This document shows, piece by piece, positions 13,778 through 21,905 of a stretch of DNA of 24,149 nucleotides. A program made the translations under genes and the position numbers. The notes below the pieces were generated by a model. That model was not told where the DNA came from, made no database searches, and saw only the letters and a program-made list of their open reading frames with translations. Numbering within the stretch: the stretch's first letter is position 1; each line of letters starts with the position of its first letter. The DNA comes from Chloroflexota bacterium (GTDB lineage: Bacteria > Chloroflexota > Ktedonobacteria > Ktedonobacterales > Ktedonobacteraceae): contig VBHS01000291.1 in NCBI GenBank assembly GCA_005881295.1, forward strand, positions 1-24,149. Direction: 5' to 3'.

Positions 13778-16729
13778 ATGTTAGGTGAGCGTCCCCCCTT
13801 CACCAATGATCAGGAACATCAACGACTGGTAACTGCGCTGCGTGAAAGTGAGATTTTGCGTGAATTAGCAGAGCTTTTAGCATCCTCGCTCGATCTCAAA
13901 AATATTTTGCACGCATTGACTAAACGTACAATTGAGGTCTGCGAAGTAGAGCGCTGCTCTGTCTGGCTATTCGATGACACTCGCAATGTTTTTCTCCCCA
14001 CTGCCTATTACCTTTCCACGGAGCACGTTGACCGTAAAAAAATCACAGCCGCGGATCATCTCTGGTATCATGGCTCTATCTTCTTCGAGGACCCTCACCT
14101 CCCCCGCCTTCTCCAGGAAAAGGGTCTGCTCCTTGTTAAAGATCTATTGAATAATCCCAGGGCACGAAAAGTGGCAGAAACATTTCTTGTGCGCTCTGTA
14201 TTACTCATTGCGCTCAAGCGCGAAGACCGCATCCTGGGTATGATGTCCCTTGATGACCCGGCTCAAATACGCGACTTCTCCCAGGAGCAGCAACAACTTG
14301 CACGCGCTATTGGACAACAGGCAGCACTTGCCATAGACAATGCTCGGCTCTACCAGCAGGCACAGGCAGAGCGAACACGCGCTGAACGGTTGATTGAACG
14401 TGCCCGCGCAATTTATCAGGTAGCATTAACCGTCAATTCAGGGGAAGATCTTTCGGTTGTGCTCAAAATCGCTACACAACACCTGGTTCGCGGACTAAAC
14501 GCGGATAGTGGTGAGATTATGCTCATAAATTCTCAGACGTTATACCTGGCTAACAGTACAGGGCCGCAACAAACACATTTCAATGAACCACTCATCACAG
14601 CCACTACACTGCAAGACCTACCTGACTGTCAAAAGGCGGCTACCACTGGTTCGCCCCTCTTTTTGAACATCCATCAAATGACGGGATCCGAACAGCCTTT
14701 TTTTCAAAAGCTCGGCTTTGATAATGTGATGATTGTCCCGCTGATGGCCGGCGGTGTTCGTTCAATAACCTCCACACCAGGTACCCAGCCGGCATCTTCT
14801 AGTTCTCAGTGCATTGGCTTCGCCTTTGTCAACTATCGAGACTCGACCTATCACCCCACTCAAGGTCAGTTTGCCTTTGCTCAGGATATTGCGGCCCAGT
14901 GTGCGCTTGCTGTGAAAAAAGATCAACTCCTGGCAGATGTCCGTAATTCTGCTAAGCTGGCAACCGAACGGGCAAATACGCTCGACGCTGTTTTCCAGGC
15001 CATGAGCGAAGGAATAACCGTTGTCAACCAGGATGGAGAAGTTCTTGTACGCAACAACGCCGCCTCGCTCTTTCTCGGAGTTCCAGTAAACTCTACTGAT
15101 CGATTACAATCGTTTCTCAATCGTTACCCGACCCGCTCGATGCATGGGCAACCGCTTTCGTACGATGAATTCCCGGTTGCGCGCGCCCTCAAAGGTGAAC
15201 GCATCCGTGGTGAACGATTCGTGACCGTCCGGGGTGATGGCGTCGAGCGAGTGATAGAGGTAAATGTCACTCCCATGTTGGATGAGGCGCAAAAACAGGT
15301 AGGGCTCGTCAGCGCCTTTCGCGATGTCACACAGCAAACACGCGCCGAGCAGCGTGTTCGTTTGGCGCTCGAAACAATGCTCAATGTAGCGGAAGCTGTT
15401 TCCGGCATTACCGAAATAAAAGATATTCTCGATAGTGTCCTGGAAATGACGCTCTCTACTCTCAACTGCGAGCGGGGCTCCGTCCACCTCTTTGATCAAA
15501 GTGAAGAAGCGTTTACCTTCCTGTTGTCCAGGGGATTCAAAGATAATGAAGTAGAAAAAACATGGCTATTCGAGCAGAGCCGCTGGCTTTCTCCAGAGGC
15601 ACATCAGTATCAAGGGTTCCGTAGACAAATATTAGAAGGCCATGCCACCGTCATTAACGCCGAGCAGTACGACAACCAGCCCAATCCATTCAACCAGACA
15701 ATGGTACTTGCCGCACCTATCACTCACAATCATCACATACTTGGCTTGATAACCCTGGATCGCTCATCATCCCATTCAAAGAATATCCCTCCTGGCGAAA
15801 CTGAACAACCATCTGTACCGCTTGATTTTTCTATCTGGGATATGGCAGTCATCGAAGGTATAGCGCAACTTGCCGGGCTGGCAATCGAGCAGGCCCGCTG
15901 GCAGCAAGAAGCTGTGGACGCGCGCACGAGCGAAGCCGCAATGCGCGAGGCAAATGCTCTAAAAGACGAATTTCTGGCTATCACCGCTCACGAATTTCGT
16001 TCACCTCTCACTGTTATTCTCACTCATAGTCAGGTCGCTTTACGTATGTTGCGCAAAGGAACAGATCCACAGAACACACAACGAGTGGCTGATAGCCTTA
16101 CAGCGATTGAGGAACAAGCTCACCAATTGACAAATATCGTCAATACCTTCTTAGAAGTAACCCAGATCAACCGCAAACAACTGGTTATCAACTCAGAACC
16201 TGCTGACCTTGCAGAGATTGCTAAACAGGTGGTCTCAGCCCATGGCTCTACGTCAACCGCTCACCAGATCGCTTGTCACATCGCACCCAGCGATCACCCT
16301 TATATCGTTATTGGAGACAGCGCACGCCTCAAACAAGTAATTGCCAACCTGGTACAGAATGCCATAAAATATAGTCCTCTCGGCGGTCCAATCACTGTCT
16401 CCATGTGCCAAAAAGAGAGTGAAATAGATAAGGGCAGTCGAACCATCGAAGTCTGCATTGAGGATTCAGGCATTGGCATTCCAAAAGAAGCACTCCCTCG
16501 TCTCTTCGAGCGCTTTTATCGAGGGTCCAATATCGATGGAAGTAAAACCAGGGGCATAGGTCTCGGCCTGTATATTGTCGCGGAACTGCTCCACATGCAC
16601 GGTGGGACTATCCGAGCTGAAAGCAGTGGTATACCAGGCGAAGGAAGCCGCTTTATTGTCACGTTACCTTCGTCCAATCTAGAGAAAGAACTTGTAGATA
16701 GTGATAGAGCTTCGCAATTGGCTCCTTGA
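13778..16729 (+). CDS. Cytoplasmic multi-sensor histidine kinase (GAF-GAF-PAS-GAF-HisKA-HATPase)
   Basis: GAF ends (IGQQAALAIDNARLY, IAAQCALAV, IAQLAGLAIEQAR); PAS (MSEGITVVNQDG...NNAA, VSAFRDVT); H-box AHEFRSPLT; N-box NLVQNAIKYS; G1 DSGIGI; F-box LFERFYR; G2 GIGLGL; no transmembrane helix. Confidence 0.92.
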   Translation: MLGERPPFTNDQEHQRLVTALRESEILRELAELLASSLDLKNILHALTKRTIEVCEVERCSVWLFDDTRNVFLPTAYYLSTEHVDRKKITAADHLWYHGSIFFEDPHLPRLLQEKGLLLVKDLLNNPRARKVAETFLVRSVLLIALKREDRILGMMSLDDPAQIRDFSQEQQQLARAIGQQAALAIDNARLYQQAQAERTRAERLIERARAIYQVALTVNSGEDLSVVLKIATQHLVRGLNADSGEIMLINSQTLYLANSTGPQQTHFNEPLITATTLQDLPDCQKAATTGSPLFLNIHQMTGSEQPFFQKLGFDNVMIVPLMAGGVRSITSTPGTQPASSSSQCIGFAFVNYRDSTYHPTQGQFAFAQDIAAQCALAVKKDQLLADVRNSAKLATERANTLDAVFQAMSEGITVVNQDGEVLVRNNAASLFLGVPVNSTDRLQSFLNRYPTRSMHGQPLSYDEFPVARALKGERIRGERFVTVRGDGVERVIEVNVTPMLDEAQKQVGLVSAFRDVTQQTRAEQRVRLALETMLNVAEAVSGITEIKDILDSVLEMTLSTLNCERGSVHLFDQSEEAFTFLLSRGFKDNEVEKTWLFEQSRWLSPEAHQYQGFRRQILEGHATVINAEQYDNQPNPFNQTMVLAAPITHNHHILGLITLDRSSSHSKNIPPGETEQPSVPLDFSIWDMAVIEGIAQLAGLAIEQARWQQEAVDARTSEAAMREANALKDEFLAITAHEFRSPLTVILTHSQVALRMLRKGTDPQNTQRVADSLTAIEEQAHQLTNIVNTFLEVTQINRKQLVINSEPADLAEIAKQVVSAHGSTSTAHQIACHIAPSDHPYIVIGDSARLKQVIANLVQNAIKYSPLGGPITVSMCQKESEIDKGSRTIEVCIEDSGIGIPKEALPRLFERFYRGSNIDGSKTRGIGLGLYIVAELLHMHGGTIRAESSGIPGEGSRFIVTLPSSNLEKELVDSDRASQLAP

Positions 16730-16752
16730 ACGCGCTAAAGCAATCATGGATA

Positions 16753-17025
16753 GTCAGCGACTCCACACCTGAATGGGTGGGGGCTTGCTCCGGCAAGCCC
16801 CGATGCTGAGCAGTCCCCAGGTGTAAGTACCTGGTAGCCCTTCGCGAAGAATGCATAGGCACTCCGGGGTGGCCTTCCAGTCCCGGACCCTGCGGCGCGT
16901 CGTTAAACAGCGAGATGGGGTTTCAATCGCAGTGCGGCTCGCATCCAAAGGAAACCTTCGCAGAAGTTGGACGAGGAAAACTTTACCCGGCGCTTGCCGG
17001 AGGCCCGAAAGGGCAAGAACAGAGG
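16753..17025 (+). ncRNA. omegaRNA scaffold of the IscB (OMEGA) system; guide is the 5' flank (about 16733-16752)
   Basis: About 280-nt structured non-coding leader of iscB: GTCAGCGACTCC...GGGGCTTG start, GGGGCTTGC/GCAAGCCCC hairpin, CACTCCGGG...CCCGGA, GTTAAACAG...CAGTG, GACGAGG, CCGGCGCTTGCCGG and GCCCGAAAGGGC hairpins. 3' end approximate. Confidence 0.8.
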
Positions 17026-17033
17026 ACTCAGCC

Positions 17034-18329
17034 ATGTCGTACGTCTTTGTGATTGATCAGGAGAAGCGGCCCCTCGATCCGGTTCATCCCGGTCGAGCCC
17101 GCAAGCTCCTCTCATCTGGGAAGGCAGCCGTCTACCGGCGATTTCCCTTTGTCCTGATTCTCAAGCATCCAGTTTCTGAAGCACATCCACAGCCCCTGCG
17201 CCTGAAAATTGATCCAGGGTCCAAGACAACGGGGCTCGCCGTCCTCAACGATACATCAGGACAGGTGCTATGGGCTGCGGAGTTGGTTCACCGGGGAGAA
17301 GAGGTCCACCAGGCGCTGCAAAAACGGGCTGGCGTGCGTCGAGGTCGCCGTTCTCGGCATACGCGCTACCGGGCGGCCCGCTTTAGCAATCGTCGGCGCA
17401 AACGCGGGTGGCTTGCTCCTTCGTTGTGCTCACGGATGCAAAATGTGCAGACCTGGACCAGGCGGCTGATGCGTTGGTGCCCGCTGGGTGCCATTTCCTA
17501 TGAGGCGGTGCGCTTCGACACCCAGGCCATCCAAAACCCTGAGATCAAGGGAGTCGCCTACCAACACGGAACTCTCGCGGGGCTAGAAGTTAAAGAGTAT
17601 CTTTTACTCAAATGGCGACATAAATGCGTCTACTGCCAAAAAGGAGATATCCCGCTCGAAGTGGAACATATCGTGCCCAAAAGACGTGGAGGCAGTGACC
17701 GGATCACCAATCTCACCCTGGCCTGCGAAGCGTGCAATCAACAAAAAGGCTCCCAAACCGCCCAGGCATTTGGCTTTCCCCACCTCCAGGCACAGGCCTT
17801 GCAACCATTAAAAGACGCAGCAGCAGTGAACTCGACACGTTGGGCGCTCTATGAACGACTCAAAGCCACAGGACTGCCGATCGAGGTCAGTACGGGGGGC
17901 CAGACAAAATGGAATAGGAAACAACGCGGCATTCCCAAGAGTCATTGGCTCGACGCTGTATGCGTGGGGCCATCTACACCAGAGCGGGTCCAGTGGCAAC
18001 ATGTTATCCCCCTGCTTATCACAGCCAGAGGCCGACAATGCCGCCAGCTTTGTAATGTTGACGGATGGGGATTTCCAAGGAGCCGCCCGAAAGGGCCAAG
18101 CAAAGTCTTTGGATTCCAAACGGGGGATATGGTTCAGGCAGTCGTCACCAGAGGGAAAAGGATGGGTACATATGTTGGACGCGTTGCCATTAAAACTGAT
18201 GGGTACTTTAAGATTACCGGCACACATGGCATGGTGGAGGGCATTCATGCTCGCTATTGCTCGCCTCTACATCGCGTTGATGGTTATGAGTATCAAAAAG
18301 GTTCGGCGGCGCTTCCTCCCCAGATGTGA
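17034..18329 (+). CDS. iscB: RNA-guided endonuclease IscB, 431 aa
   Basis: PLMP-type N-terminus (RPLDP..PGRARKLL), RuvC-I KIDPGSKTTG, Arg-rich bridge helix RRGRRSRHTRYR, RuvC-II YEAVRFD, HNH CVYC...EHIVPKRRGGSDRITNLTLACEACNQQK, RuvC-III SHWLDA; start at ATG 17034 behind AGAGGA. Confidence 0.95.
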   Translation: MSYVFVIDQEKRPLDPVHPGRARKLLSSGKAAVYRRFPFVLILKHPVSEAHPQPLRLKIDPGSKTTGLAVLNDTSGQVLWAAELVHRGEEVHQALQKRAGVRRGRRSRHTRYRAARFSNRRRKRGWLAPSLCSRMQNVQTWTRRLMRWCPLGAISYEAVRFDTQAIQNPEIKGVAYQHGTLAGLEVKEYLLLKWRHKCVYCQKGDIPLEVEHIVPKRRGGSDRITNLTLACEACNQQKGSQTAQAFGFPHLQAQALQPLKDAAAVNSTRWALYERLKATGLPIEVSTGGQTKWNRKQRGIPKSHWLDAVCVGPSTPERVQWQHVIPLLITARGRQCRQLCNVDGWGFPRSRPKGPSKVFGFQTGDMVQAVVTRGKRMGTYVGRVAIKTDGYFKITGTHGMVEGIHARYCSPLHRVDGYEYQKGSAALPPQM

Positions 18330-18456
18330 ACATCGGGGCCTCCGCGCCGCCTTCTGGTGAAGGAGCCGAAGACACTGCCCATGACTTTGATCACCTTGTC
18401 CGTGTCATGGCTATTGCAGATTCGATTCAAACGATCGAGGGAGGAGATCTTCTCAA

Positions 18457-19176
18457 TTAGCTTATTCGATAATTGAATGACGCCGCTTTCCTCGCTGCTG
18501 CGCTCAGGTGGACAGTAAATCCTACCTGTGGATGGAGAGTAACATACTGTACCACCACCGGACCTGGATCAGCCGTCAGTACCACAACTACGACACTCGA
18601 TGCGATAATATGTGCATTGGCAACCATAACCTCGCATTGCCCCTTCTCAAACCGACCTGAACCCGAGGTTTCTTGACCGTCTTCATCAGCACGAGGACCC
18701 ATAGGACCTGCAAGCCTGTCCACAGCTGGCATACTGGGATTGGTGTCCACTTCATAAGATCGCACCCCGGTCATTTCAGGTTTCTCAATTGCCTCCTGCT
18801 TGGGAACAACCTGCAAACGCACCTTTGTTGCACGTCTCGGTGAACGTTGCCTGCTTTGCACAGGACCAGGCGCTTCCGTTGGTCGAGAAACCGCTGCCCC
18901 CACTGTAGCTAGAGGAAGATAATCGGTTCGCACCTTCACTGATCTACTGACCGCCGGCAACTGTTTAGATTGAAGACTCAGGCGCGGGGGAATAAGCGCC
19001 GTACTTTTTATGATAGGGACATTATCTTCAACCTCGTCTGATTCCGGGTCTTCCTGAGCAGACACATCTGTCAACGCTTCTTCAACTGAGGCCGAGAGGT
19101 CAAAGCGCTCTCTTGCCACACGCGCTTGCCATTGCTGCTGCTCTTTCTCATCAATGTCATCAAGCCAGTCCATCAT
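18457..19176 (-). CDS. Hypothetical protein: acidic helical N-terminus, disordered middle, beta-rich C-terminal domain of about 70 aa
   Basis: 239-aa ORF with GAGGT RBS (start may be the second ATG, 19173); fills the gap between the IS end and the methyltransferase. Confidence 0.7.
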   Translation of the reverse strand: MMDWLDDIDEKEQQQWQARVARERFDLSASVEEALTDVSAQEDPESDEVEDNVPIIKSTALIPPRLSLQSKQLPAVSRSVKVRTDYLPLATVGAAVSRPTEAPGPVQSRQRSPRRATKVRLQVVPKQEAIEKPEMTGVRSYEVDTNPSMPAVDRLAGPMGPRADEDGQETSGSGRFEKGQCEVMVANAHIIASSVVVVVLTADPGPVVVQYVTLHPQVGFTVHLSAAARKAASFNYRIS

Positions 19177-19241
19177 CTACCTCTAATTGATTTTAGAACA
19201 TTGTATCGAATTTCGTGACACGGTCTGGAATATCAAGAGGC

Positions 19242-19250
19242 ATTATAACA
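19242..19250 (-). promoter_or_regulatory. Extended -10 promoter element
   Basis: Minus strand TGtTATAAT, about 65 nt upstream of the 19176 start. Confidence 0.45.
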
Positions 19251-19318
19251 TATCTCTTAAGAGCAAAATGGGCCAATAGCACATTTGGGCTGTGCCAGGC
19301 AGCTGGAATCTCTCCTCC

Positions 19319-20146
19319 CTACTTCTGCACCGTGATTATAGCCCCTATCATTGCCTCGACTGGTGGCACAAGCATTCCATTGCGCTCAACCAGCCAGTCC
19401 TCCAGCAAATGGCGTAACTCCTTGCGCGTCATATCATCACCGGGTAAAATGAGCTGCTCTGACACCTCTTCCACTGCAACATCAACAGAAGGATAGCTGA
19501 GGATTACGGGGAGTTTGACGACTTCCACATCTGCGTATATCCCCAACTCATAAAGCACGTCGAGCGCATGAATATATCCAGGAGGCAGACGCCGCTCATC
19601 TCCATGGAAGTGTTTCCAGAGATGGCCAGTTAAAGCATCAATAGAGGTTGCTCGCATGTAGATATAGCAAATATGGCCCGTCGCTTTAATCAGTTTCGCC
19701 AGGAAAGGTACAATGTCGACTATTGGATAGAGTACGTGACTACAGATAACGATATCTGCTGCAAGAGTCTCGGGAGCATCCTGCCAGATCGACTGAATAA
19801 TGGTGATATTTGTGAGGCCCTGTCCATCCGCGTCCTTGCGCAAATAACCCAGCATTGCAGCATTTGGTTCAACGGCGGTAATATGCCCCCCTGTAGGGGC
19901 AAGTGCCAGCAAAAACCGGCCCGTTCCGGCCCCCACATCCAGCACGCTCGTATGAGCAGTTACTACATCCTGGAGTCTGCGCAATAAAGGATCATGCACA
20001 ACTGCATCTTTCGTTGTGCTATGAAAGCGCCGCGCCCGCCGATCCCAGAAATCCGCGCTCGTACGCCCCAGGCGGGCATAAGCAGCATCCATCTGTTGCG
20101 CTCTCAAGTTGAGCATGATCTTCCAACGTTCAACAGCGGTCTCCAT
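19319..20146 (-). CDS. Class I SAM-dependent methyltransferase
   Basis: Motif I VLDVGAGTGRF, motif II ITAVEPN, DIVICSHVLY; begins 14 nt after the coxG stop. Confidence 0.9.
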   Translation of the reverse strand: METAVERWKIMLNLRAQQMDAAYARLGRTSADFWDRRARRFHSTTKDAVVHDPLLRRLQDVVTAHTSVLDVGAGTGRFLLALAPTGGHITAVEPNAAMLGYLRKDADGQGLTNITIIQSIWQDAPETLAADIVICSHVLYPIVDIVPFLAKLIKATGHICYIYMRATSIDALTGHLWKHFHGDERRLPPGYIHALDVLYELGIYADVEVVKLPVILSYPSVDVAVEEVSEQLILPGDDMTRKELRHLLEDWLVERNGMLVPPVEAMIGAIITVQK

Positions 20147-20160
20147 AGAGATTTCTCTCT

Positions 20161-20625
20161 CTACCCGCTGGCAGTATTACTATCCGGAGCCTCTAACTTG
20201 CTTTTGAGGCAATCGAAAAACTGCCCGGTAAGTTTCTCCGCGGTTCCCTGCAGCAGGCGAGCGCCAACACTGGCAATTGTGCCACTCACAACGACGGAAG
20301 CCTGCCAATCCATACGCGTCTGCCCATCATCGACCGCCGTTAGTCTCATGTCGCCAGACAGATCAACAGCGCTGCCAGGGGCCTTGCCCCTGCCCTTCAT
20401 AGTCATATGTTCTGGTTCTTCCATCTCTGGCCGCGTCACATCCAGCGTAAATTTTGCCTTTACAGCCCCTACACCAACTCCAACCACTGCCTTCCAGTGT
20501 TCATCTTCCAACACCTCCAGGCTCTGAAAACCGGGCGCACAGGCAGCTACCTGATTGACGTCGTAGAGAAACGCCCATACCTTCTCAATGGGAGCGGCAA
20601 TAGTTTGCGTACCAGTAAATTCCAT
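20161..20625 (-). CDS. coxG: CO dehydrogenase accessory subunit CoxG (SRPBCC fold)
   Basis: APIEKVWAFLYD..QVAACAPG...G.IASVGARLLQGTAEKLTGQFFDCL; cox context. Confidence 0.88.
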   Translation of the reverse strand: MEFTGTQTIAAPIEKVWAFLYDVNQVAACAPGFQSLEVLEDEHWKAVVGVGVGAVKAKFTLDVTRPEMEEPEHMTMKGRGKAPGSAVDLSGDMRLTAVDDGQTRMDWQASVVVSGTIASVGARLLQGTAEKLTGQFFDCLKSKLEAPDSNTASG

Positions 20626-20814
20626 ACTGAGCCTTACCTTTCATACTGACACCTGTTCAATGAAATATGTTCTTACAGTTGTCGACAGATGGTGGCGGGT
20701 AGAGTGACAAAAATAGCTGTGGTAGATCATCAAGTTTGCCACGGCGCCACACTTAAACTGTATCTATTATCATATCACAGGATTCAGTTACAATAGGAAG
20801 CTGCAAGAGCACAT

Positions 20815-21771
20815 TCATCTTTCATGCTGTACAAGATATTCCTGTGGGTTCCTCTCAAATGAACGCTTACAGGCGGGACAACAAAAGTAAAAGGTACGAC
20901 CTTCAAAATCGCTATGGTGTCGTGCGTTCGCTATTTCCACTTCCATACCGCAAACCGGATCAATAGCACTGGCAACAGTTCCAGCGCTAACTTCGTACCG
21001 TATCTCCTTCGTGCCCTGCTTGCTTTCCTCATCGTCGATTGCACCTCGTCGACGCACCTGCACCAGCTCTGCCAGCACACTGGCCGCAATTTCATCTGGA
21101 GTGAGTGCGCCAATGTCAAGCCCTGCAGGCGCCTTAAGACGAGCAATTTGCGGTGCGCTCAAACCAGCGTCACGCAAATATGCGCGACAAGCCTCAGCCC
21201 GTTTGAGGCTACTTACCATACCAACATAGCGAGCGCGACTGCCCAACGCCTGTTCTACAGCTTCTTCATCGTATTGTCCGTGACTGGCAACAAGAATACA
21301 CGTCTGCTCATTGATAGTAACCTGGCTCAGATCGGCATCATGCAGTTGCGTGACTGAAAAGTCGATCACCTGCGCTAGCTGACTCAGTGCCGCAACCACG
21401 GGCGATTCACCTATCAGCACGAGTTTGGGCAGAGGAAAATGTGGTTCCATAAAGATATCTAATACGCCTCCACTGCTACATGACATGGGGAAATTTCGTA
21501 CATCCTTGCGGTCAATCCCCGTATCAGATGTCCCTAAGCGCAAGAGATAAGGATCGCCGCCTTCACGCAAGATGCGCGCAGCCTCACGTATAACGACAGG
21601 TTGGGCACAACTACCCCCGACCCAGCCCGTCACCTGTCCATCGGCCCGGATAAGAGCCTGTGCGCCTGGTTTAGCTGAAGTGGGCCGTTCACACCACACG
21701 ACCGTTGCCAGCACAAATGGCTCGCCAGCCTCGGTCAATTGATGTGCCAGCTCCAGTAGTGTCTTAGACAT
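20815..21771 (-). CDS. xdhC: XdhC/CoxF-type molybdenum-cofactor maturation protein fused to a C-terminal YHS/TRASH domain
   Basis: FVLATVV...SAKPGAQALI..GWVGGSC, C.SGG.LDIFMEP, RYVGMVSS, APAGLDIGALTPDEIAASVLAEL; C-terminal DPVCGM...FYFCCPACK..FE.NP; start at ATG 21771 behind GGAGG. Confidence 0.9.
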   Translation of the reverse strand: MSKTLLELAHQLTEAGEPFVLATVVWCERPTSAKPGAQALIRADGQVTGWVGGSCAQPVVIREAARILREGGDPYLLRLGTSDTGIDRKDVRNFPMSCSSGGVLDIFMEPHFPLPKLVLIGESPVVAALSQLAQVIDFSVTQLHDADLSQVTINEQTCILVASHGQYDEEAVEQALGSRARYVGMVSSLKRAEACRAYLRDAGLSAPQIARLKAPAGLDIGALTPDEIAASVLAELVQVRRRGAIDDEESKQGTKEIRYEVSAGTVASAIDPVCGMEVEIANARHHSDFEGRTFYFCCPACKRSFERNPQEYLVQHER

Positions 21772-21809
21772 AGTATCCTCCAGGAAAAACGGTAAACGCA
21801 ATACCATGC

Positions 21810-21876
21810 GGCAATGGTGATAGGCAAGGTAGGAGGGTCAGTATTGTCTCTTTTACCTTTCCGTATCACCATTGCC
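21810..21876. other. Long intergenic stem-loop between coxL and xdhC
   Basis: 13-bp perfect outer stem GGCAATGGTGATA / TATCACCATTGCC plus inner AAGGTA/TACCTT pairing. Confidence 0.65.
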
Positions 21877-21905
21877 TCGATAGTAAGATTTGCAAGCTGT
21901 AACTA

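Larger units (their letters stand above)
16753..18356 (+). mobile_element. Non-autonomous IS200/IS605-family element carrying omegaRNA and iscB (no tnpA), 1604 bp
   Basis: Subterminal hairpins with TGAA loops at both ends. Read on the minus strand: left end TTCAC|CAG with guide GAGG at +15..+18; right end TGAC| with guide CAAG at -35..-32. Both fit the IS608-type cleavage-site/guide pairing rule. Confidence 0.85.

Noticed and set aside
16851-17033. 61-aa N-terminal extension of IscB
   Set aside because: This is omegaRNA scaffold; the PLMP domain and RBS point to ATG 17034
17034-18329. TnpB, Cas9 or a stand-alone HNH nuclease
   Set aside because: Split RuvC with inserted HNH, PLMP N-terminus, 431-aa size and upstream omegaRNA define IscB; no array or tracrRNA
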